DNA of 64,000 bases, taken from positions 1 through 64,000 of IMG/VR virus record IMGVR_UViG_3300017782_000007. One strand, given 5' to 3'. The position numbers and the translations under genes are program-made. A model generated the notes under the pieces. That model did no database searches, had not been told where the DNA came from, and was given only the letters and a program-made list of their open reading frames with translations. Source of the stretch: a virus. Below are positions 49,179-57,522 of this stretch, in pieces (the first letter of the stretch is position 1; each line of letters begins with the position of its first letter).

Positions 49179-50785
49179 GAGCAACAATACCTTTAAACGG
49201 ATATATTCCACCTGATGAAGATGATATTAGATATTTTTGTAATCAAGAGAATTACAAACATAAGGTATCAACTGAATTAATACAAGAACTTTGTAATTTC
49301 TATGTTGGAGGCATGGCTAGCTATGTTCCTACTTCTACAGTAGATAAAGAAGATGTAAAATATGTATCTAATGTACATAGATTACTTGAGAATCTTCCTT
49401 CTAATACCTTTAAAGGTTCTCCCTTGGCTAAATCTGTTCAAACAGCAGTGGCTATTAATTCTCTAAACAACAGTATTCTTAAAAAGAAACAACGTAGAGC
49501 TGTTAGAATGGACAGAGAAATTGCAGAATTACAAAGGAGACAACAAGAGTATCAAGATTTGTCAGACTCTGGTGATTATAGCCCAGAGGAAAGTGATGAT
49601 TTCAGATCTTCCAAGAGTGATATAAAAGAATATGAAGAGGACATAAGAGATAAGAAAAAGAAGTTAGATAAAGAGATAGAAAAACTTTTAAAACTTCTGG
49701 AATCTGAAGATAATCCTATGGAAGATTGTAATGATCCTGAAGGTTTAGCTGATGCTATTAGCCAATTAGCCTCTGATTGCGATCTTCTTGAACAAGCAGA
49801 AAAAGAAAAGAAAGAGAAAAGTAAGAAGGGTGAAGATGGCCAAGAAGGAGAGGGTGAAGGAGAGGGGGAAGGAGACGGTGAAGGAGAAGAAACAGAAGGT
49901 ACTCCTATGAATTCTGATGAGAGATTACATGATAAACATCCAGAAGACATCATGGTTAGTGCAGAGGCAATGGGAGTAAATATAATCAATAGTGATTTTA
50001 GTCCTATTAAATTCTCTGAAGTAACTACTGAAGAAGCTAACATCTTGAAGAAACTATCTGTAGTTAACTCTTTCAATGGTAGTATAGCTGGCGAAGCTAA
50101 GATTAAGAGGAAAAGAAAAGTCTCTTCTAAGAAAAGAGGTAAACTTAAAATGGAATCTTATAAGCAAGTTAACCAAGCCAGCTTCGTTGAACGTATGATG
50201 CCTGGATTCGATAAGAAGTTCATCCAAAAAGATGTACTAATTAAAGATAAGTATGTATCTGAGGTTTGTAAGCAAACTTTAGTACTACTTATAGATGATT
50301 CAGGTAGTATGAATTCTGAGTGGAAGATTGGGTGGGTTAAGGCATTAGTATTAAATAGATTAACAGCTGTTATGAAAGGAGACGCTACTCTTTATATCTG
50401 TACTTTTGAAGAAGAATTAGATCCTAACTGGGTTAAGGTAGGTACTAAGGCCCAAGCCAAAGATTACTGGAAATTATTTGATAGACAAGTTGGATTCAAT
50501 AGAGGTAATACTGATATTGAGAAGGCTGTCACACATACAATAGAGCAAATAGACAATGGTAAGCTTATCGGAGTTGATTATGATGATACTGCTACTATTA
50601 GTCTGAAGAAAGAAAGGCCACAAATATGTGTTATAAATGATGGCCAAGATTACATTGATAAAGATTATTCTCCTAAGATAATAACTCATGGTTTTATTTT
50701 AGGCAGAGATAATATAGAGATGAAAATCATGTGTGAACGATCTGGAGGTATATACCATAGAATCGGTCACGTTGACATTTATTAA
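49175..50785 (+). CDS. VWA (MIDAS) domain partner of MoxR (ViaA/CobT-like)
   Basis: LLIDDSGSM, GNTDI, INDGQD; acidic GE-repeat linker. Confidence 0.85.
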   Translation: MRATIPLNGYIPPDEDDIRYFCNQENYKHKVSTELIQELCNFYVGGMASYVPTSTVDKEDVKYVSNVHRLLENLPSNTFKGSPLAKSVQTAVAINSLNNSILKKKQRRAVRMDREIAELQRRQQEYQDLSDSGDYSPEESDDFRSSKSDIKEYEEDIRDKKKKLDKEIEKLLKLLESEDNPMEDCNDPEGLADAISQLASDCDLLEQAEKEKKEKSKKGEDGQEGEGEGEGEGDGEGEETEGTPMNSDERLHDKHPEDIMVSAEAMGVNIINSDFSPIKFSEVTTEEANILKKLSVVNSFNGSIAGEAKIKRKRKVSSKKRGKLKMESYKQVNQASFVERMMPGFDKKFIQKDVLIKDKYVSEVCKQTLVLLIDDSGSMNSEWKIGWVKALVLNRLTAVMKGDATLYICTFEEELDPNWVKVGTKAQAKDYWKLFDRQVGFNRGNTDIEKAVTHTIEQIDNGKLIGVDYDDTATISLKKERPQICVINDGQDYIDKDYSPKIITHGFILGRDNIEMKIMCERSGGIYHRIGHVDIY

Positions 50786-50801
50786 CCATAAAATATTAAA
50801 T

Positions 50802-51185
50802 ATGAACATGTTTAATAACGATCAATTATCCGTTGTAGAAACTATTTTTGGACGCAAGTCGCTTACAGAGAGAGTTCCTGGAACAACACTAGACTTAATG
50901 CTAGTGAGTATAGCATTAACTTCTAAAAAATTCTATAATCTAAAAGTTATGTATGGCTTTGCTGAGGTATGTGGAAAATGTTTCGACAAACCAGCAGAGG
51001 AAGCTCATGCTATTTTACGTGATGCAGTAAGAACGAAGCATAAAGCTTCTTTCGAGAATCTTTCTATTATTGCAGAAGCTGTAACTCTTACAGGATTGCG
51101 TAAAACTTTTGACAGAACGAAAGAAGAAACAGATCATTTTAATCGAATCTGTTCTTACTTCGATGTAATCGAAATTAACGATTAA
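50802..51185 (+). CDS. Hypothetical protein
   Basis: Start MNMFNN after AACCATAAAA. Confidence 0.65.
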   Translation: MNMFNNDQLSVVETIFGRKSLTERVPGTTLDLMLVSIALTSKKFYNLKVMYGFAEVCGKCFDKPAEEAHAILRDAVRTKHKASFENLSIIAEAVTLTGLRKTFDRTKEETDHFNRICSYFDVIEIND

Positions 51186-51194
51186 CTACTCCCT

Positions 51195-51241
51195 AAACCC
51201 TGGAACTGAGTTCGTTATGTTGTTCGCGCAACACAGGGTTT
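51195..51241 (+). ncRNA. Three-way-junction RNA motif, copy 2
   Basis: AAACCCTG/CAGGGTTT, GAAC-TGA-GTTC, GTTA, TGTTG-TTCGCG-CAACA. Confidence 0.65.
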
Positions 51242-51264
51242 CTTTATTCACCAAATCTTCTTTT

Positions 51265-51501
51265 ATGAAAAATACTCAATTACCATCTACTATTGTATTA
51301 GTAGTAATTTCCTTAATATATGTAACAATAGGAACATATATCTTTATCCTCTCAATTAAAGAGACAAATATGATCTCTTTTTTAATTAGTGGAATATTTT
51401 GGACAGGATTTTACGAGTCTATGATAGAACTAAGATACAGGCTCTATAGAGCTGTAAGAGATGGAAAATCAATGAATTTGATTGAAAGGAAATGGAAATA
51501 A
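51265..51501 (+). CDS. Two-TM membrane protein
   Basis: Two hydrophobic segments; start MKNTQ. Confidence 0.6.
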   Translation: MKNTQLPSTIVLVVISLIYVTIGTYIFILSIKETNMISFLISGIFWTGFYESMIELRYRLYRAVRDGKSMNLIERKWK

Positions 51502-51558
51502 CATAGTCGGGCACTTTTCGGAGTGACCCGCTATATTTTTTAACTTTAAAATTTTATT

Positions 51559-51903
51559 ATGAAAAATTTATTATTATTAATCTGTATATTATTTTCATTT
51601 GTTGGTCAAGCTCAAAAAACACCATTTGAGAAAGACATTGCTTATGACCAATACAAGTATGAAAAACATTTAAAAAAAGCAGACAATTCTTACGATACTG
51701 TAGTAGGTGGATTAATAATCACCACTTTAGGGGTAGTAGGACGTAGCGCTGTGAAATGGAATCCTAACTATCGATCAAAGGAAATCAAGGCACTATCTAA
51801 TGGATTAACCTTAATTGGTTCTTCTATGGTGGTTATAGGTACTTATAATTTTTTTGATAATAAGAGGAGTGCGAGGAAGATTGAGAAGAAATACAATTTT
51901 TAA
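51559..51903 (+). CDS. Secreted/membrane protein
   Basis: Signal peptide MKNLLLLICILFSFVGQAQ plus two Gly-rich hydrophobic helices. Confidence 0.7.
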   Translation: MKNLLLLICILFSFVGQAQKTPFEKDIAYDQYKYEKHLKKADNSYDTVVGGLIITTLGVVGRSAVKWNPNYRSKEIKALSNGLTLIGSSMVVIGTYNFFDNKRSARKIEKKYNF

Positions 51904-51908
51904 AATTA

Positions 51909-51954
51909 TTCCGTGGACCAAATGGTCGTAACTTCCTTTGCGGGAAGCACGGAA
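51909..51954 (+). ncRNA. Three-way-junction RNA motif, copy 3
   Basis: TTCCGTG/CACGGAA, GACC-AAAT-GGTC, GTAA, CTTCC-TTTGCG-GGAAG. Confidence 0.65.
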
Positions 51955-52213
51955 ACTATACACATCTATATTATTAGGACTGGATATCTCATTTTGTATT
52001 TGAGTATTACGCTAATAGATGCATTGTAAGCCACGAAATGTGGATTCTGGATAGATTGTCTCTCTAGTCCAGAAAGAGGGAGGAGAAGTCCTTAAAACGC
52101 CTTGTAGCAGGATTTTCAACCCTGTGTGACGGTGATGACCTCAAAATGCTTTAATATTAAGCACACTAAAACGTCAAAGAGTGTATGTGGGTTCGAATCC
52201 CATCTTCCGTGCT
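51946..52213 (+). ncRNA. Large (~265 nt) tRNA-like RNA
   Basis: AGCACGGAA/TTCCGTGCT outer stem, ATACAC/GTGTAT inner helix, GTGGG-TTCGAAT-CCCAT T-arm. Confidence 0.5.
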
Positions 52214-52440
52214 GGAAGTATGCCAATTGGAAGAGCAACTTATTATCCGTAATTATTCCGTATTGTTAAAGGTAACTATTGTAGAAACAGTCTCATTAGC
52301 TGTGGAACAAGATAGAGTTTAACATTAGAATATTAATCGAGAGGGTAGAAAGCCCAGTAATAGAGTGACACCTAATCTATAGATAACGATTCAACCTTAG
52401 CGGGCTTGATGTTTTATCTTTAGCGCATCAAAACAAAACA

Positions 52441-52506
52441 GCTCACTGCTAGTAGCTAAGCGATTCTGATATAATCGTGAAACCTGTGCAATTCAGGAAG
52501 TGATAT
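52441..52506 (+). tRNA. Degenerate tRNA-Ile(GAT)-like
   Basis: CGATT-CTGATAT-AATCG anticodon arm, CCTG-TGCAATT-CAGG T-arm, TCACT/AGTGA partial acceptor; reduced D-arm. Confidence 0.4.
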
Positions 52507-52523
52507 CAAAGACATTTTTTAAC

Positions 52524-52588
52524 GGGGGTCTATAGTAAGAGCTCGTTAGAGTACCGGACTTTTAATCCGGGGGAGACTATATATTCCC
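52524..52588 (+). ncRNA. tRNA-Lys(TTT) D/anticodon fragment without a T-arm
   Basis: GCTC-GTTA-GAGT, CCGGA-CTTTTAA-TCCGG, closed by TATAGT/ACTATA. Confidence 0.55.
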
Positions 52589-52602
52589 ATTACTTTAATT
52601 AC

Positions 52603-53040
52603 ATGAATTACACAAAAATTAGGAAACCAAGACGCAAAATGAAACTTGTAGAACCTTGGTTACAAAGTATTATTAAAGACAATGAATTCGTAGTATTACG
52701 TGATAAGCGCACTAAAAAAGCGTTACATGTAAGTTATACGGAAGACGGTCTAAAGTGGGCCTTGGACCCACGGACATCCAAATCTCTTTATTTCAAAGAT
52801 GCTTATCTTTCCCACGGCCGTGTTGGTGGTGAGGGCTGGAACGGTTTGTTCCGTAAAGAGAGAGATCCAAATACCATAGTCGAAAAGTTCATACCAATGA
52901 ATCACGTAAGGACCCGCAAAGATGGTATCGAGTATGTCGATACAGTCAACCAATCCTTAGAATTCAAAGCAGTGGATAGAGCTTTGCGAATGTTAACCAA
53001 ATCTCAGACGAGATTACTTGATAATTTTTCTGATAACTAA
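52603..53040 (+). CDS. Hypothetical protein
   Basis: 145 aa ORF inside the ncRNA cluster. Confidence 0.65.
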   Translation: MNYTKIRKPRRKMKLVEPWLQSIIKDNEFVVLRDKRTKKALHVSYTEDGLKWALDPRTSKSLYFKDAYLSHGRVGGEGWNGLFRKERDPNTIVEKFIPMNHVRTRKDGIEYVDTVNQSLEFKAVDRALRMLTKSQTRLLDNFSDN

Positions 53041-53046
53041 ATTTAT

Positions 53047-53123
53047 ACTCTTGTTAAGACGTAAGGTGCGGCAACATGTTTGAAACACATGTCTGTTCAG
53101 GTTCGATACCTGGTGCGAAGAGT
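53047..53123 (+). tRNA. Degenerate tRNA-Phe(GAA)-like
   Basis: CATGT-TTGAAAC-ACATG, TCAGG-TTCGATA-CCTGG; mismatched acceptor. Confidence 0.4.
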
Positions 53124-53125
53124 TA

Positions 53126-53190
53126 ATAGTACTGGGAGTATAACTATTGTGACATAATAGTGAACTAGGGTTCGAATCCCTTGCCGAAAT
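53126..53190 (+). tRNA. Degenerate tRNA-Val(GAC)-like, acceptor lost
   Basis: CTATT-GTGACAT-AATAG, TAGGG-TTCGAAT-CCCTT. Confidence 0.35.
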
Positions 53191-53726
53191 AAATTTAGTT
53201 TGAAGTATCTTGAATGACGTATTTAATGCTTAGGGCTCAGCAGAGATAGACGAAGAATACCTTCTCTCCTAGATCTGGAGGACGTACCCTAGGTAGCCTA
53301 TGGCTTCCTTTAAATAATTCAATTTTTTATTTGTGAATAGCTTAAACCTGAAGACGCGTTTTAGTCAACTGGATGTGAAGTAAAGAGTACGACACAAATT
53401 GGATTACCTACACCGAGCGGTAGAATTCATCCATACCAGAGAAACTATACGTATAACGAGCGAGGAGCCTCTTCTAAAAATAGCACCTGTCCGTTTGACA
53501 GAAGAAATAACATCATAGGTTTTATATTGATGGCTAAGCCAACCAACTGGGTGTTGGAGCTTAGTTTATATAGATTATATTGTAGGTAGTGGTGGTAGGC
53601 GACTATACCCTCAAGCCAGGGGTGAAGTTGATACAATATATTCTCACTATAAAGTCAATAATTTTGATGTTCACGTAGAAGATAATCAAGTCTGAGAGTT
53701 AGATTTTTATTACTGTAAATTAGTTT

Positions 53727-54320
53727 ATGAAACAAATTATATTGAATTTTGTCTTATTAATAGCATTAGCAGCAACTAATGTTGGAGTTTGGCAGAATAC
53801 TACTGTTATAGAATCAACTGATTCTGAATTACGATCGAGTCTCACCTTGGTAACCCAAGAATTAGAATGTGTAGAAGAAGAACTGTCTTCGTTGAAAATG
53901 GATTACGAAGATTTCAAGTTAAAAGATACCACATTACTAGAGACTTTTGGCCTAGAGGAGCTTTCATCGCCAGATGAGAAGAACTCTTGGAAGAAAATGG
54001 ATGGAACTTTTGTCTCCCTGTTAAAGGAAGCGGAAGCGGTATCCGGATTTAGATGGCGAATCAACTCTGGTTATAGAACTTGTTCACACAACAAGAACTT
54101 AATTAAGAGAGGATACAAAGCCGCTAAAAATAGTTGGCATATGGACGGAAATGCCGTAGATATTTCTGCATCTACATCTGCCTATAGGAAACTTATTCTT
54201 AACTCATTAAAACATATTGGAATAGTGAAGGGTATAAAGGTATACCCAGCACATATTCATGTTCAATGGAAAAACGATCATGATTTATGGAATCAAAAAG
54301 ATTTAATTGCAATGAAATAG
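53727..54320 (+). CDS. Anchored peptidase M15 (D-Ala-D-Ala/L-Ala-D-Glu type)
   Basis: INSGYRTCSHN...NSWHMDGNAVDI...HIHV; N-terminal TM and coiled coil. Confidence 0.88.
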   Translation: MKQIILNFVLLIALAATNVGVWQNTTVIESTDSELRSSLTLVTQELECVEEELSSLKMDYEDFKLKDTTLLETFGLEELSSPDEKNSWKKMDGTFVSLLKEAEAVSGFRWRINSGYRTCSHNKNLIKRGYKAAKNSWHMDGNAVDISASTSAYRKLILNSLKHIGIVKGIKVYPAHIHVQWKNDHDLWNQKDLIAMK

Positions 54321-54769
54321 AAGGGACCTCAGGTCCTTTCATACCGCCTTAGTTATTGACTGTAAAAGTGTGATAACTAAGGGTGTGTCCCGCTTAAGAG
54401 CGAAAAAATAGTTATCGTATAACGGTAACGGTCAGTCCAAATAGTTATTAGTTTCTGTACACAATACGCTAATACTATTATTAGACTCTTGGATTCCTTA
54501 ATCCCTGAGACAATTCTGAAGGTGACCACAAAGATTGTGTAAGTGAATGATCCTCACTAAAAATATAGATCGTATTAAAATGAAAGATTCATTGGCTAGG
54601 CCAGTAAGTTATCTTAGTGTTACATTATACTTATGGAAGCAATTATCATACCCATAACGGGCCATTAAGTATTTTCCCTACATAACGAATACCACTGCTC
54701 TCGGTGCAGGATTGGTTAGGTACATAACAAGCTACTAATTACTGAATCTGATTTTTTAACTATTAAAAT

Positions 54770-56815
54770 TTGAAATACCTTTTAAACAAAAACACCTACC
54801 AAGTAAGTGGATTTGAGTCAATCTCCTACAGTGAAATGTTAGAGAAATTGAGTTCAATGGAGGTAATATGCGTCGATACGGAAACTAGACCCAAGAGCGA
54901 ATTTATGTCAATCCCAATGGCAGGTCTAGATCCACACTTATCTGAAATTGTTATGTGTCAAATAGGAGATGAACACGATCAGTTCATCATAGATGTTAGA
55001 CACGAAGACATCATGGGTCTTAAATCAATCTTAGAAGAGCCTAAGGTTGTTAAGATATTGCAAAACGCCAAGTTTGATTATAAAATGCTCTTAACCAATT
55101 TTGGTATAAGAGTTAATAACATCAGAGATACGATGATTCAAGAGCGAGTGCTAACAACTGGTGATATTTCAGCCAGAGCTTCGTTAGAGGCCTTAGCCAA
55201 GAAATATGTCGGATTTGAATTTGCGAAAACCAATCAGTTAAACCTCTTTGAAAAGCCACCAGAGGTAGTCCTAACTAAGAGTGTGAGGACAGAATTTAAA
55301 AACGTGGGAAGTCGACCTTTTACTAAGCGACAGTGTGAATACGGTGTAATGGATATAATACTACCGATTCAGATAGACAGGGAACAACAATTAGACATCA
55401 AATCCCAAGATTTGACTAGGATTGCGAAACTCGAGAATGACTTTATTCATGTAATGGGTGAAATCGAAACAAATGGATTTTACTTAAATGTTCCTAAATG
55501 GAAAGAATTATATGAACAAAGACTAGAGGAGTATCAATTAGCTAGGAAAGATTTAGTTGATTACATTTTTGATAATAAGATGGAAGGATTATATAAATGG
55601 AAAAGTAGTTTATTCGAGAGCGACAAACTATTAAACATTAATCTTTCCTCAAGCCACCAAGTTGTTGAGCTACTTAATGTCTTAGGTATAGATACTAAAA
55701 TCTTAGATAAAAAGAAATCAAAAAAACAAGGACACGACGTCTTCAAAGACAGTATCGAAGAACGTGTTCTCAAAAAGTACAAAAAGAGGTTTAAGATAGT
55801 ACCTCTTTACCTGCACTTTAAGCAATTAGAGAAAGCAGTAACTACATATGGCATTGATTTTTTAAATCATGTCTCGCCCAGGACGGGGAGAGTTCACTCC
55901 TCATATCGACAAATCATTCGTAGTGGAAGAATGGCTTCTAGTAGGCCTAATCTTCAAAACCTGCCGAATGGATCAAAACTCCCTGGGTATCGGGAGTGTT
56001 TTACTAATTCAAAACCAGGCACCAAACTTATTGTAGCTGATTACTCTGGACAGGAGACAGCAATCTTAGCTGACAGAGCTCAAGAGACCGCCATGATTGA
56101 TTTTTTGGTCAATCAAGGAGGAGATTTTCACTCACACACTGCTAAACGCATGTTTGGAGTCAATGTGAGTAAGACAGAAAATCCACATCTTAGGCAAATC
56201 GCTAAGTCGATAAGCTTCGGGTTAGCATATGGTATGTCCGCACATAAATTAGCAACTGATTTCGAAATTACTATAGAGGAGGCTGAAGACTTTATCGATA
56301 AGTATTATGAAGCATACCCCGAATTAAATAAATATTTCAAAGATCAACGGAGGAAGGCTCTTGAGAATGGCTTTATTCTCATTGACCCTGTAGTAGGACG
56401 CAAGTCTTTCCTTGTAGGCATTCATGACAAGTACCTTGATGCAAAGGCTGTTATAGATGAATATAGGGAAGCAGAGGCATTAAAGAAAGTTCCGAAGCAA
56501 GTCTGGTCAGATTTTTATTCGGCTAAAGGAAGGATAGAGAGGTTGTCGCAAAATTTACCCATTCAGGGTACTGCGGCAAATATGACAAAGGTAGCCGCGA
56601 TTCGGTTTCAGAAGTGGATAAAGGGGAGTAAATTGGAAGAATTTGTTAAGATTGTCAACATGGTTCACGATGAAATCGTTGTAGAATGCCATGATGATTA
56701 TGTAAGTATGTGTAAGGATGAATTGGAAAAACAAATGATACTAGCTGGCGGAATATTTTGTAAAACTGTTCCAATGAGAGTAGATGCTCAAGTTGGTCCT
56801 TTCTGGGATCACTAG
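54770..56815 (+). CDS. polA: DNA polymerase family A with 3'-5' exonuclease
   Basis: VDTET, QNAKFD, PNLQN, ADYSGQE, RQIAKSISFGLAYG, NLPIQG, VHDE. Confidence 0.95.
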   Translation: MKYLLNKNTYQVSGFESISYSEMLEKLSSMEVICVDTETRPKSEFMSIPMAGLDPHLSEIVMCQIGDEHDQFIIDVRHEDIMGLKSILEEPKVVKILQNAKFDYKMLLTNFGIRVNNIRDTMIQERVLTTGDISARASLEALAKKYVGFEFAKTNQLNLFEKPPEVVLTKSVRTEFKNVGSRPFTKRQCEYGVMDIILPIQIDREQQLDIKSQDLTRIAKLENDFIHVMGEIETNGFYLNVPKWKELYEQRLEEYQLARKDLVDYIFDNKMEGLYKWKSSLFESDKLLNINLSSSHQVVELLNVLGIDTKILDKKKSKKQGHDVFKDSIEERVLKKYKKRFKIVPLYLHFKQLEKAVTTYGIDFLNHVSPRTGRVHSSYRQIIRSGRMASSRPNLQNLPNGSKLPGYRECFTNSKPGTKLIVADYSGQETAILADRAQETAMIDFLVNQGGDFHSHTAKRMFGVNVSKTENPHLRQIAKSISFGLAYGMSAHKLATDFEITIEEAEDFIDKYYEAYPELNKYFKDQRRKALENGFILIDPVVGRKSFLVGIHDKYLDAKAVIDEYREAEALKKVPKQVWSDFYSAKGRIERLSQNLPIQGTAANMTKVAAIRFQKWIKGSKLEEFVKIVNMVHDEIVVECHDDYVSMCKDELEKQMILAGGIFCKTVPMRVDAQVGPFWDH

Positions 56816-56934
56816 TTACAGTTATGTTTAGAAGCTCTTACAGCGTATGTAAGATACCTTTACGCATTTAAACAAGATAATCTATGTATATTAAAATTAC
56901 TTGGTGGGGCGAACTTCGGTTCGTTCCACTATAT

Positions 56935-56977
56935 TCTTGGTATGGTAGTAATTAAGGTTCGATTCCTTAGCCAAGAA
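56935..56977 (+). ncRNA. Minimal tRNA-like element (43 nt)
   Basis: TCTTGGT/GCCAAGA acceptor, ATGGTAGTAAT linker, TAAGG-TTCGATT-CCTTA, discriminator A. Confidence 0.7.
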
Positions 56978-57004
56978 CATTACTTAACCAAAAATTTTTT
57001 AATT

Positions 57005-57517
57005 ATGAAAAATTTAATATTTTCTCTACTTATCTGTAGTGGATTTACTTCCTATGCTCAGAATCCTTTTCAAGGAGGACTAATTGCTAGACCAGAAGTA
57101 AGAGCCTTTGCCGTAGAAGAGAGACTCAGTAGATCTCCTACTGATTTACGTACACAAAAAGATATCCGATTAAAAGTCATAGGGTTCGCAGGAATCAGAC
57201 TTGACTTCGAACTTGGAAAAAAAGGATTCTATCGTTCTGATATGTTAATATCAGTTACTAGCTTGCCTTTTGATTATGTAAGATTAAATGGTCTATTAGG
57301 CTATAATCCTACGCCAGTTATGGGGGTATTCTTAGGTGTTTCTGGTGATTACAACCACCTAATAGATGACCGAGTGAATATGTCTATAGTTGGAGGAGTA
57401 GAACATGTGCTCCATACAGGAAAACAACTTGATATAAAAATAGATACTGGATTTTACTTTGAAGTTATAAATAAAGATCATTCGCTAGCGACTGGTCTAT
57501 CGTTCATATTTAAATAA
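57005..57517 (+). CDS. Outer-membrane beta-barrel-like protein
   Basis: Signal peptide ending YAQ, amphipathic strands, C-terminal GLSFIFK. Confidence 0.6.
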   Translation: MKNLIFSLLICSGFTSYAQNPFQGGLIARPEVRAFAVEERLSRSPTDLRTQKDIRLKVIGFAGIRLDFELGKKGFYRSDMLISVTSLPFDYVRLNGLLGYNPTPVMGVFLGVSGDYNHLIDDRVNMSIVGGVEHVLHTGKQLDIKIDTGFYFEVINKDHSLATGLSFIFK

Positions 57518-57522
57518 ATATC

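Noticed and set aside
49840-49890. GAAGGA-type hexamer repeat
   Set aside because: Simply encodes the GE linker of the VWA protein
51946-52213. tmRNA
   Set aside because: No GGGG 5' end, no G3:U70, no CCA, no evident tag ORF
52078-52445. RNase P RNA (GAGGAGAAGTCC ... ACAAAACAGCT)
   Set aside because: P4 pairing and other conserved regions do not fit; AGTCCT pairs locally with AGGACT
54340-54445. Group I intron core (GACTG/CAGTC as P7)
   Set aside because: No bulged P7 G-site context or P/Q elements; flanking genes are complete
23517-56815. Inteins or introns in TerL or PolA
   Set aside because: Normal lengths, contiguous motifs, no intein boundary signatures seen
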